Shown here: piece after piece, positions 44,793 to 54,434 of the stretch | Numbering within the stretch: position 1 is the first letter of the stretch | Layout: the number at the start of each line of letters is the position of its first letter | Source: Planctomycetota bacterium | GTDB lineage: Bacteria > Planctomycetota > B15-G4 | Assembly: GCA_038212275.1 (NCBI GenBank) | Contig: JBBQUR010000010.1 | Span: 64,001-128,000 of the forward strand | Direction of reading: 5' to 3' | Length of the DNA stretch: 64,000 nucleotides | Translations under genes and position numbers: made by a program | Notes under the pieces: model-generated | Database searches by the model: none | Told to the model about the DNA's origin: nothing | Seen by the model: the letters and a program-made list of their open reading frames with translations, nothing else

Positions 44793-47336
44793 ATGTTCGA
44801 CCGCTTCACAGACCGCGCCCGCAAGGTCATGAACCTTGCCAAGAGCGAGGCCCAGCGCCTCAACCACGAGTACATCGGCACCGAGCACATCCTGCTCGGC
44901 CTGGTGCAGGAGGGGTCCGGCGTCGCGGCGAACGTGCTGCGCAACATGGGCATCGACCTCAAGCGCATCCGCGCCGAGATCGAGAAGCTCGTCAAGGGCA
45001 GCTCCACCGTGGTGCCGATGGGCAACCTGCCCTTCACGCCGCGCGCCAAGAAGGTGCTGGAGCTCTCCCTCGAGGAGGCCAGCCAGCTCGGCCACAACTA
45101 CATCGGCACGGAGCACCTGCTGCTGGGCCTGATCAAGGAGAGCGAGGGCATCGCCGCGCGCGTGCTCACCAACCTCGGCGTCAAGCTCGAGGACGTGCGC
45201 GAGGAGGTGCTGGAGTTTCTCGGTGCGCCGCAGGGCGGCGAGGAGGCCGAGGAGGGCAGCGAGCGGCCCGGCGGCGCGAGCGGCACGCCGGCCGAAGAGA
45301 GCAGCGAGCCCGGCGAGGCCGGCCCGCGCGCGGGCGGCAAGGGCAAGACCCCGGCGCTCAATGCCTTCGGCCGCGACCTCACCAAGCTGGCGCGCGAGAA
45401 CCACCTGGACCCGGTCATCGGGCGCAGCGACGAGATCGAGCGCGTGATCCAGATCCTGTCGCGCCGCACGAAGAACAACCCGGTGCTGCTCGGCGAGGCC
45501 GGCGTGGGCAAGACGGCCATCGTCGAGGGCCTCGCGCAGAACATCGTGAACGCCGAGGTGCCGGAGATCCTCAAGAACAAGCGCCTCGTCGTGCTGGACC
45601 TCGCGATGATGGTCGCCGGCACCAAGTACCGCGGGCAGTTCGAGGAGCGCATCAAGTCGGTGATGAACGAGGTGCGCCGCGCCAAGAACATCATCCTGTT
45701 CATCGACGAGCTGCACACGCTGGTCGGCGCGGGCGGCGCCGAGGGCGCGATCGACGCGAGCAACGTGCTGAAGCCCGCGTTGTCCCGCGGCGAGATCCAG
45801 TGCATCGGCGCGACGACGCTCACCGAGTACCGCAAGTACATCGAGAAGGACGCCGCGCTCGAGCGCCGCTTCCAGAGCGTCATGGTCGAGCCGCCGACGC
45901 CGCCGCAGACTCTGGAGATTCTCAAGGGACTGCGCGAGCGCTACGAGAAGCACCACAACGTGCAGATCACCGACGGCGCGCTGGAGCTCGCGGTCGAGCT
46001 GTCCACGCGATACATCACCAACCGCTTCCATCCGGACAAGGCCATCGACGTGATGGACGAGGCCGGCGCCCGCGTGCGCCTCAAGGCCATGACCGCGCCG
46101 CCGGACCTCAAGGAGCTCGAGGTCGAGATCCTCAAGCTGGACAAGGAAAAGGAGGAGTGCGTCGCGGAGCAGGACTTCGAGCGCGCCGCCTACCTGCGCG
46201 ACTACGCCGACAAGCTGCGCAAGAAGCGCGACCAGATCGAGCACGACTGGAAGAGCAACTCCACCGAGGTGGACGGCACCGTGGACGAGGACGTCATCGC
46301 GGAGACGGTCAGCAAGATGACCGGCGTGCCGCTCACGCGCCTCGACAAGGGCGAGGCGCAGCGCCTGCTCAAGATGGAGGACGAGCTGCACCGCACGGTG
46401 ATCTCGCAGCACGAGGCCATCGTCGCCATCTCCAAGGCCGTGCGCCGTTCGCGCGCGGGCCTGAAGGATCCCAAGCGCCCGATGGGCAGCTTCCTCTTCC
46501 TCGGCCCGACGGGCGTCGGCAAGACGCACCTCACCAAGCAGCTCGCGAAGTTCCTCTTCGGCAGCGAAGAGGCGCTCGTGCAGATCGACATGTCCGAGTA
46601 CATGGAGAAGCACAACGCCAGCCGGCTGGTGGGTGCGCCTCCGGGCTACGTCGGTTTCGAGGAGGGCGGCCAGCTCACCGAGAAGATCCGCCGTCGCCCC
46701 TACGCGGTGGTGCTGCTGGACGAGATCGAGAAGGCGCACGCGGACATCTACAACATGCTGCTGCAGATCATGGAGGAAGGCCGGCTCACGGACTCCTTCG
46801 GGCGGCAGGTGGACTTCCGCAACGTGCTGCTGATCATGACCAGCAACATCGGCGCGAACATCATCAAGAACCAGGCGGGCCTGGGCTTCTCGTCGCGCGA
46901 TCAGGACAAGTCCTACGGCAAGATGAAGAGCAACCTCATGAACGAGGTCAACCGCCACTTCAGGCCGGAATTCCTGAACAGGCTCGACGACGTCATCGTC
47001 TTCAAGCCGCTGCAGAGCGAGGACCTCGTGCGCATCCTCGACATCGAGCTGCGCGGCATCCGCGACCGGCTGCAGCAGCGCGGCCTGAAGCTGGAGCTCT
47101 CGCCGATGGCGACGGAGCTGATCATCAAGAACGGCACGAACCTCGACATGGGCGCGCGGCCGCTGCGCCGCGCGGTCGAGCGCTTCCTCGAGGACGCGCT
47201 CTCCGAGGAACTGCTCAAGGGCGCCTTCGAGGGAGCCAAGCGCATCCTCGCCGACGCGGCGGCGCTGGACTCCGAGACGCTGACCTTCACCGGCGTGGGC
47301 GCGGAGGCCGAAGTGCCCTCCACTTCAACGACCTGA
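44793..47336 (+). CDS. clpC: ATP-dependent Clp protease ATP-binding subunit ClpC
   Basis: [12 protein letters not shown], double Clp-[12 protein letters not shown] middle domain, [15 protein letters not shown]. Confidence 0.97.
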   Translation: MFDRFTDRARKVMNLAKSEAQRLNHEYIGTEHILLGLVQEGSGVAANVLRNMGIDLKRIRAEIEKLVKGSSTVVPMGNLPFTPRAKKVLELSLEEASQLGHNYIGTEHLLLGLIKESEGIAARVLTNLGVKLEDVREEVLEFLGAPQGGEEAEEGSERPGGASGTPAEESSEPGEAGPRAGGKGKTPALNAFGRDLTKLARENHLDPVIGRSDEIERVIQILSRRTKNNPVLLGEAGVGKTAIVEGLAQNIVNAEVPEILKNKRLVVLDLAMMVAGTKYRGQFEERIKSVMNEVRRAKNIILFIDELHTLVGAGGAEGAIDASNVLKPALSRGEIQCIGATTLTEYRKYIEKDAALERRFQSVMVEPPTPPQTLEILKGLRERYEKHHNVQITDGALELAVELSTRYITNRFHPDKAIDVMDEAGARVRLKAMTAPPDLKELEVEILKLDKEKEECVAEQDFERAAYLRDYADKLRKKRDQIEHDWKSNSTEVDGTVDEDVIAETVSKMTGVPLTRLDKGEAQRLLKMEDELHRTVISQHEAIVAISKAVRRSRAGLKDPKRPMGSFLFLGPTGVGKTHLTKQLAKFLFGSEEALVQIDMSEYMEKHNASRLVGAPPGYVGFEEGGQLTEKIRRRPYAVVLLDEIEKAHADIYNMLLQIMEEGRLTDSFGRQVDFRNVLLIMTSNIGANIIKNQAGLGFSSRDQDKSYGKMKSNLMNEVNRHFRPEFLNRLDDVIVFKPLQSEDLVRILDIELRGIRDRLQQRGLKLELSPMATELIIKNGTNLDMGARPLRRAVERFLEDALSEELLKGAFEGAKRILADAAALDSETLTFTGVGAEAEVPSTSTT

Positions 47337-47380
47337 GTTCAGCGCGTCGACGACGCGCCGGGCAGCAGCCCGCGATGTAC

Positions 47381-47434
47381 CGCAAACCAGCCGGCCACGC
47401 TCTCCGCAAGGAAGGCGTGGCCGGCTGCGTTGCG
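47381..47434 (+). terminator. strong stem-loop after clpC (probable terminator or stabiliser)
   Basis: CAGCCGGCCACGC ... GCAA loop ... GCGTGGCCGGCTG; no clear U-tract. Confidence 0.5.
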
Positions 47435-47883
47435 CAGGATGTCGTGCGCCTCAGGGCACGTTGCCTCGCAGCGCGTTGCCGAGAGCCACGCCGTGAGGCG
47501 CGCAGGGCCAGCGATCCCGTGCGTCGCTGTTCCGAAGCCTCACCGCAGCCCGGCCGCCGCTGTCACATGGGCCACGGCGCGACGCGCACCGTGGTCCGCG
47601 CTCCGCCGCACCGCCTCGGAGTGATGAACGGTTCACTCGGCGAGGCGTGAACGGAGCAGGCCGAGTGCAGGCGTTTCATCCCGGCGCCCGGCGCATGGAT
47701 CCGCGCGACTCCACGCGGCGCGGGCTTGCCCGATCCAGTCATACTGGAAGGCCGCGGACGGTACACCGTCGTCCGAGTCGCGCGCCCATTCTCGAGCGCG
47801 TCCGCGTGACGGAGCGCGTCCCCGCTACCGAGCCTGTGCGTGTGCCTATGCGTGTGCGTGCCAACCTTCGAGTGAGGAACCCG

Positions 47884-50439
47884 ATGCAAGTCTTCTTCAG
47901 GGTGCGCCGCCTCCCGCGCCGCAGCACTCGCCGTCCGACCTCCCTCGTCACGACGCTGCTGCTCAGCGCCCTCGTGACCGCAGTCGCCGGAGCACAGAAC
48001 GCGCCGGCGGCGGTGGCGCCGGCGGCACCGAACTCGCCGGCGCCGCAAGGCGGGCCGGCGCAGCAGGACGCGCCGGCTCCTCCCGCTGCGCCCTGGACCG
48101 CTGAGGATGGCGGCGGCATCGAGTGGCTCGGCGGCGCGCCGCCGCCCGCGCCCGAGGAGCTCGCGCGCAACCCCGCTGCCTTCGAAGACCTGCTCACGGA
48201 GAACGGACTGTCGCTCGACCTGGAGGGAGGCTCCGTCGCGGTGCGGGGCGGCACGCTGCACGACCAGACCACGCTGGGTTATCCGATCGAATACCTCGTC
48301 GTCACGGACCGGGGCCGCACGCACGAGGCGCTGTTCGTGGTGAAGACGCAGCCGTCGCTGCTCGACGCGTGCCTGCGCGCGCTCGGCCTGCGGCCCGGCA
48401 CGCCGATGCGCTTCCGGCTCAAGGAAGATCAGCCCTCGCAGGAGGAGATCGACGCCGGCACAGCCTCGCCGTGGGACCCGGTGCCGTCGTCGGGCCCGCT
48501 CGTCGCGATCGATGTCAGCTGGACCGACGACGCCGGGCGCCAGCACCGCACGAGCCTGGAGTCGCTGCTGGTGGACGGGCTCACGGGTGAGCCGCTGCCC
48601 GAGGAGGACTGGGTCTACACGGGCAGCGCCTTCGGCACGCTGCGCCAGGGGCGGCGGGACGTGCAGGCCTTCGTCGCGGACCTGCAGGGCGATGTCGTCG
48701 CGATCTACCTCACGGGGCAGGGCGCGGCGCTGCTCGAGCGCAACTCGATCGACGGCGTGGACGATGCGCGTTACCTGCTCAACGCGGACACGATGCCGTC
48801 GCGCGGCACGCCGGTGACGATGCACTTCTCGCGCACGGGCCGCTCGACGGCGCCGTCGCCGTCGCGCGCGACGGCTCCCGTCGTGGCCGGCGACACGGGT
48901 GCGAAGCTGGATGACTTTCTCACGCATCTCGTGCCGTGGGGCTTCTCGGGCGTGGTCGCGGTGCAGCGCGGCAACGAGCTGCTGCTGCACAAGGGTTACG
49001 GCCTCGCGGATCGCGAGACGGGCCTCGCCGTCGACACGGGCAGCGTGTTTCCGCTCTCGTCGCTGAGCAAGCAATTCACCGCAGCGCTCATCCTTCGACT
49101 CGCGGCGGACGGCAAGCTGGACCTCGACGACATCATCTCGCGCTCCCTCAGGCGCGTGCCGGAGGACAAGGCGGGCATCACGGTGCGGCAGCTCCTTCAG
49201 CACACCTCCGGCCTGCCCGAGGACAGCGCGTCCGCGGCGACTTCCGCAGACCGCTCCGCGGCCGTCGCGGCCGTGCTCGCCTCGCCGCTGCTCGCCGAGC
49301 CGGGCACGGCCTTCTCCTACAGCAATGCCGGCTACGTGCTGCTCGCGGCCATTGCCGAGGAAGCGGCCGGCGCGACCTACCGCTCGCTGCTCGCGGAACA
49401 CATCCTCGGGCCGGCGAACATGATCGACACCGGCCTCTTCGGCGAGCCGATGTGGGACGGCAGCCAGCTCGTGCATGGCTACCAGGACGGCGCCGACGCG
49501 CTTGCGGAAGCCGTCGCGCGACACGGACTGCAAGGCACGGCGCTCGGGCGCGATGTCGGCACGCCGGCCAAGGGCGCGCTCGCATGGAACCGGCTCGGCG
49601 CCGGCGCGGCCGTGGCCACGGTGCGGGACGTGCTGCGCTGGGAGAACGCGTTGCGCGACGGAAAGATCATCCCGGCCGAGTCGCTGGCCGTGATGTTCAC
49701 GCCTGGCCTCGACCACTACGGCACCGCGTGGTGGATCGAGCCCACCGCGCACGGCCGGCTCGCGTGGCACGACGGCATCATGCCGGGCTTCCGCATCGAG
49801 GTGCAGCGCTACCTCGACGAGGACCTGACAGTCATCGTCGCCGCCAACGCGGAGATCAACAGCGTGGCGTATCCCGTCGCGGCCATCGCCTTCGGCCAGG
49901 ACGTGCCGCTGCCGCCGCAGGTGGAGCCCACGCTCCCGCCGCCGCCCGCCGGGCAGGGCGCGGCGGATCAAGGCACGTCGGGCGCGCGCACCTTGGACGA
50001 CACGCTGGGTGACACAGCGGGCGCGCGCGGCGAGCTCCGCAACGGCGTCGCCGAAGCGTTGAAGCTCGCCGGCGACTACGCGGACGGCGTCACGCAGGCG
50101 CCGCTCTTCACGCTGCGCGCGATCGGCGACGAACTCTTCCTCGTCGCGTCCGCGGAGGCGGTGTACGAGCAGCTCGGCCCGGCCTTCGGCTTCCGTGCCG
50201 CGACGCTGAAGGACCGCATGTCCCGTCGCGGCGGGCTGCGCTTGCGGCCCGTGCACGGCAGCGGGCCCGCGTCGACCTGGCCCCTGGAGTGGGAGGCCTT
50301 CGAGGCCTCGACCCTCGGCACCGTGCTGCTGCGGGGATCGATCCCCGGCGTCGCGGGATGCACGGCCGGCGTGACGCTCTCCTCCGGCGATGCCGCCGCC
50401 GACGCGGCTCCGCTGCTGTCGGCCTGTCGCACGCCGTGA
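47884..50439 (+). CDS. exported fusion protein: YdjY-like domain + serine hydrolase (beta-lactamase/AmpC-like) domain
   Basis: IEYLVV..RTHEALF..LRALGLRPG and WVYTGS (YdjY-like); SLSK (SxxK), LLQHTSGL, YSN, HDG; start uncertain (47647-47884). Confidence 0.75.
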   Translation: MQVFFRVRRLPRRSTRRPTSLVTTLLLSALVTAVAGAQNAPAAVAPAAPNSPAPQGGPAQQDAPAPPAAPWTAEDGGGIEWLGGAPPPAPEELARNPAAFEDLLTENGLSLDLEGGSVAVRGGTLHDQTTLGYPIEYLVVTDRGRTHEALFVVKTQPSLLDACLRALGLRPGTPMRFRLKEDQPSQEEIDAGTASPWDPVPSSGPLVAIDVSWTDDAGRQHRTSLESLLVDGLTGEPLPEEDWVYTGSAFGTLRQGRRDVQAFVADLQGDVVAIYLTGQGAALLERNSIDGVDDARYLLNADTMPSRGTPVTMHFSRTGRSTAPSPSRATAPVVAGDTGAKLDDFLTHLVPWGFSGVVAVQRGNELLLHKGYGLADRETGLAVDTGSVFPLSSLSKQFTAALILRLAADGKLDLDDIISRSLRRVPEDKAGITVRQLLQHTSGLPEDSASAATSADRSAAVAAVLASPLLAEPGTAFSYSNAGYVLLAAIAEEAAGATYRSLLAEHILGPANMIDTGLFGEPMWDGSQLVHGYQDGADALAEAVARHGLQGTALGRDVGTPAKGALAWNRLGAGAAVATVRDVLRWENALRDGKIIPAESLAVMFTPGLDHYGTAWWIEPTAHGRLAWHDGIMPGFRIEVQRYLDEDLTVIVAANAEINSVAYPVAAIAFGQDVPLPPQVEPTLPPPPAGQGAADQGTSGARTLDDTLGDTAGARGELRNGVAEALKLAGDYADGVTQAPLFTLRAIGDELFLVASAEAVYEQLGPAFGFRAATLKDRMSRRGGLRLRPVHGSGPASTWPLEWEAFEASTLGTVLLRGSIPGVAGCTAGVTLSSGDAAADAAPLLSACRTP

Positions 50440-50604
50440 GGGGCGTGCGCTTTCCGCTGCGCTGAGCGCACGGCGACGGTGCGGATCGTCGATCGATTCT
50501 CGCGCGACACGCCGCCCGCATCGCCACATCCTCGCCGCGGGTGAGGCACTCGCGTGACATGCGCACGGACCGGTAGGCTCTCGCCCTTCCTCGGGGGCCT
50601 GTTC

Positions 50605-53600
50605 ATGCTGCGATCGATCCACGAAGTCACTTCGTCGCCGTCCATCCCGCTGCGTGCCGCGCTGGTGCTGGCGTGCTGCGCCGCCCCGACGACCGTCGCC
50701 GCGGCCCGCGACACGTCGAGTGCTCTGCCGGCGCCACCCGCGGCCAATGTGCCGCCGCCCGCGCTCGTCGCGGCCTCGGACACGACGCCCGATGCGGGCA
50801 TGCTGCGCTACCCGGACATCAGCGCGAGCCAGATCGCCTTCGTCTACGCCGACGACATCTGGGTCGTGTCGCGGGACGGCGGCCAGGCCGCGCCGCTCGC
50901 CAGCCCGGCGGGGCCGGAGCTCTTCCCGCGCTTCTCGCCGGACGGGAAGACGCTCGCCTTCGTCGGCAACTACGACGGCAACCGCGACCTGTACACGCTG
51001 GAGGTCGGGGGCGGCCTCGCGAAGCGCATCACGCACCACCCGATGCCCGAGCAGCTCTGCGACTGGACGCCCGACGGCAGCTCGCTGATCTTCGCGAGCG
51101 GGCACGCCGCGCCGCTCGGCGGTCGCCAGTCGCAGCTCTTCACCGTGGCCGCGGGCGGCGGCCTGCCGGTGAGACTGCCCGTGCCCTACGGCGGCAACGG
51201 CGCCCTCTCCGCGGACGGCCAATGGCTGGCCTACGTGCCGGTGCCCTTCGACTTCCGCACGTGGAAGCGCTACGAGGGCGGCACCGCGATGGACGTGTGG
51301 CTCTTCGATCTGCAGAACCACGTCTCGCGCCGCATGACCGACTGGGCCGGCACCGACACGCAACCGATGTGGCACGGCAAGACCGTGTACTACCTCTCGG
51401 ACGCGGGCAGCAATCACGTCCTCAACCTGTGGTCCTTCGACACGCTGAGCGGCGCGCGCAGCCAGTCGACGGACCTCGGCGACTTCGACGTGCGCTGGCC
51501 GGCCATCGGCCCGGGGCCCGACGGCTCGGGCGAGATCGTGTTCCAGCACGGCAGCGCGCTGAAGGTCTTCGACTGCAAGACGCGCAACGTGCGCACGGTG
51601 CCGGTGACCATCCCCGGCGACCGGCCGACGCTGCGCCCGCGCACCGTGGACGTCGCGGAAGCGGCCAGTTCGTGGAGCCTCTCGCCCTCGGGCAAGCGCG
51701 CGCTGTGCGAGGCGCGCTGCGACATCTGGACGCTGGGCGCCGAGAACGGCAGCCCGCGCAACCTCACCGCCACCGACGGCGTCTCCGAGCGCTACCCCGC
51801 GTGGAGCCCGGACGGCGAGTGGGTCGCCTACAGCAGCGACGCCGACGGCGAATACGAGCTGTGGATGCGCGCCTCGGACGGCAAGGGCGCGCCGCGTCAG
51901 CTCACCGACGGCCACGCCGCCTTCTTCTCCGACGTGCAGTGGTCGCCCGACAGCGCGCGGCTGTCCTTCAGCGACCAGCTCGGCACGCTGTATGTGCACG
52001 ACGTGAAGGCCGGCACGACGTCCACGGTGGACAAGGATCCGTTCGCCGCCACCCCGGAAGTGTCGTGGTCGCACGACGGAAGCTGGCTGGCTTACACGAA
52101 GACCGGCGACAACCAGCTCACCTCGCTCTGGCTCCATGACACGCAGGCCGGCAGCACGGCGCAGCTCACGGCCGGCCGCTTCCGCGACACGTCGCCGGCC
52201 TTCGACCGCGAGGGCAAGTATCTGTTCTTCGCCAGCGCGCGCGACATCAGCCAGCCGATCTACGAGGACCTCGGCACCACCTTCGTCTACGCCGCGACGC
52301 AGCGTCTGCTGCTCGTGCCGCTGCGCGCCGACGTGCCCTCGCCGTGGCTGCCCGAGAGCGACGAGGAACTCTACGGCGCTGCGAAGGAGAAGGCCGCCGC
52401 GGAGCACGAGGGCAAGGGTCACGCGGACAGCAAGCACGACAAGGCCGACGACGACGACGCGGCCGACGAGGACGGTCGCGGCGGCGATCACGAGGACGGT
52501 GATGACGACGACGCCCACGACGATGATCACGACGACACGCCCGCGGCCGACGGCAAGTCGGCTGCGGACAAGCCGAAGGAGCGGCTGAAGATCGACGTGG
52601 AGGGCTTCGAGCGCCGCGCGATCCTGCTGCCCGTGGAGCGCGGCAGCTTCGGCGGCCTGCAGGTCGATCACGAAGGCAAGCTGATCTTTGCACGCGGCGC
52701 CGCGCCGGGCAGCGACGAGCCGCCCTCCATCCGGCTCTTCGACCCCGCCGCGAAGGATGCGGAAGGCCAGAAGGAAGAGGTGCTGGCCGAGAAGGCCGAC
52801 GAGTTCGCGCTGTCCGCAGACGGCGAGAAGCTTCTCGTCGTCACCGACGGCGAGGTGAGCATCCGCAACGCCGCGCCCGGCGCGAAGGCCAAGCCGGTGA
52901 GCACGGCCGGCATGACGGTCACGGTGGATCCGCGCGCCGAGTGGCGCGAGATCTACGTCGACGCGTGGCGCCGCTACCGCGACTGGTTCTACGACCCGAA
53001 CATGCACGGCGTGAACTGGCCGCAGATGCGCACGCGTTACGAGGCGCTGCTCGCCGAGTGCGTGTCACGCGAGGATGTCTCGTACGTGATCCGCGAGCTC
53101 ATCAGCGAGCTCAACGTCGGTCACGCCTACTACAACACCGGCGAGTCGGAGGATCAGCCGGAGATGTCGGTGGGTCTGCTCGGCGTGGACTTCGCGCTGG
53201 AGCAGGGCGCCTATCGCATCGCGACGATCTTCGAAGGCGCGCCGTGGGATGTGGACGCGCGCGGGCCGCTGTCGCAGCCGGGCGTGGCCGTCAAGGCCGG
53301 CGACTGGCTGCTCGCGGTGGACGGCGTTCCGCTCGACACGACTCGGGATCCGTGGGCCGCGTTCCAGGACAAGGCCGGCCGCGTGGTCACGCTGACCGTG
53401 AGCGACAAGCCGACGCTCGAGGCCGCGACGACCGTCGCCGCCGCATCCGCGGTCACGCAGCCCGCGGTCACGCAGCCCGCGGTCACGCAGCCGGGGGTCA
53501 CGCAGCCGGCGGGATCGCAGCCCGCCGCGCCCACTGCCACTGCCACGGCCACGGCCACCGGCCAGCGCGACGTGATCGTGGAGCCGATCGCGAGCGAGAG

Positions 53601-54291
53601 CGACCTGCGCTATCGCGCGTGGATCGAGCACAACCGCGCGCTCGTCGCCGAGAAGAGCGGCGGCCGCGTCGGCTACGTGCATGTGCCGGACACCGGCGTG
53701 AACGGGCAGGACAATCTCTTCCGCCAGTTCTTCGGCCAGATCGCGATGCCGGCGCTCATCGTGGACGAGCGCTGGAACGGCGGCGGGCAGATCCCGACGC
53801 GCTTCATCGAGCTGCTGAACCGGCCGCCCACCAACATGTGGGCCGTGCGCGGCAGCAAGTCGATCGTGTGGCCGCCGGACAGCCGGCAGGGGCCGCAATG
53901 CATGCTCATCAATCAGCGTGCAGGCTCGGGCGGCGACGCCTTCCCGTACTACTTCCGGCAGGCGAAGCTCGGCCCGCTGATCGGCGTGCGCACGTGGGGC
54001 GGGCTCGTGGGCATCGGCGACCTGCCGGACTTCCTCGACGGCGCGTCGGTCTCCGTCCCGAACTTCGCCTTCTACGAGAACGACGGCACGTGGGGTGTCG
54101 AGGGCCACGGCGTGGACCCGGACATCGAGGTCATCGACGACCCGGCGCTCATGGTGACGGGCGGCGACCCGCAGCTCGACAAGGCCATCGAGGTCATGGT
54201 CGACGCGCTGCGCGATCGTCCGTTCGTCGCGCCGCCGGTGCCGGCCTTCCCGGATCGGAGCGGGATGGGCCTGAAGGCGGAGGATCGTTGA
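50605..54291 (+). CDS. tricorn protease homolog (peptidase S41, beta-propellers + PDZ)
   Basis: MLRYPDIS, WKRYEGG, ELNVGH, DERWNGGG, GSGGD catalytic motif, RTWGG, EGHGVDPDI. Confidence 0.95.
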   Translation: MLRSIHEVTSSPSIPLRAALVLACCAAPTTVAAARDTSSALPAPPAANVPPPALVAASDTTPDAGMLRYPDISASQIAFVYADDIWVVSRDGGQAAPLASPAGPELFPRFSPDGKTLAFVGNYDGNRDLYTLEVGGGLAKRITHHPMPEQLCDWTPDGSSLIFASGHAAPLGGRQSQLFTVAAGGGLPVRLPVPYGGNGALSADGQWLAYVPVPFDFRTWKRYEGGTAMDVWLFDLQNHVSRRMTDWAGTDTQPMWHGKTVYYLSDAGSNHVLNLWSFDTLSGARSQSTDLGDFDVRWPAIGPGPDGSGEIVFQHGSALKVFDCKTRNVRTVPVTIPGDRPTLRPRTVDVAEAASSWSLSPSGKRALCEARCDIWTLGAENGSPRNLTATDGVSERYPAWSPDGEWVAYSSDADGEYELWMRASDGKGAPRQLTDGHAAFFSDVQWSPDSARLSFSDQLGTLYVHDVKAGTTSTVDKDPFAATPEVSWSHDGSWLAYTKTGDNQLTSLWLHDTQAGSTAQLTAGRFRDTSPAFDREGKYLFFASARDISQPIYEDLGTTFVYAATQRLLLVPLRADVPSPWLPESDEELYGAAKEKAAAEHEGKGHADSKHDKADDDDAADEDGRGGDHEDGDDDDAHDDDHDDTPAADGKSAADKPKERLKIDVEGFERRAILLPVERGSFGGLQVDHEGKLIFARGAAPGSDEPPSIRLFDPAAKDAEGQKEEVLAEKADEFALSADGEKLLVVTDGEVSIRNAAPGAKAKPVSTAGMTVTVDPRAEWREIYVDAWRRYRDWFYDPNMHGVNWPQMRTRYEALLAECVSREDVSYVIRELISELNVGHAYYNTGESEDQPEMSVGLLGVDFALEQGAYRIATIFEGAPWDVDARGPLSQPGVAVKAGDWLLAVDGVPLDTTRDPWAAFQDKAGRVVTLTVSDKPTLEAATTVAAASAVTQPAVTQPAVTQPGVTQPAGSQPAAPTATATATATGQRDVIVEPIASESDLRYRAWIEHNRALVAEKSGGRVGYVHVPDTGVNGQDNLFRQFFGQIAMPALIVDERWNGGGQIPTRFIELLNRPPTNMWAVRGSKSIVWPPDSRQGPQCMLINQRAGSGGDAFPYYFRQAKLGPLIGVRTWGGLVGIGDLPDFLDGASVSVPNFAFYENDGTWGVEGHGVDPDIEVIDDPALMVTGGDPQLDKAIEVMVDALRDRPFVAPPVPAFPDRSGMGLKAEDR

Positions 54292-54330
54292 AGCGCGGCT
54301 GAGCCTCGCTCTCGCGCCGGGCGAACCCGG

Positions 54331-54434
54331 CGGCGTCAGGTGGCGGTGCGATGTGCCGGCGTCAGGTGCCGGCGCGACGTGGCGGCGTCACGTGGCGGCG
54401 TCAGGTGGCGGCGCGGCGTGCCGGCGTCAGGTGG
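54331..54434. repeat. 13-bp tandem array (consensus CGGCGTCAGGTGG, 8 units) overlapping metG stop
   Basis: read directly; last unit contains the metG stop codon. Confidence 0.85.

Noticed and set aside
47563..53007. 1814-aa minus-strand ORF and many other long antisense or alternate-frame ORFs (e.g. 14319-16967 +, 33418-36114 -, 44510-47650 +, 9107-11479 -)
   Set aside because: Shadow ORFs of high-GC coding genes: Arg/Ala/Gly-rich, no motifs, fully overlapping well-supported genes.
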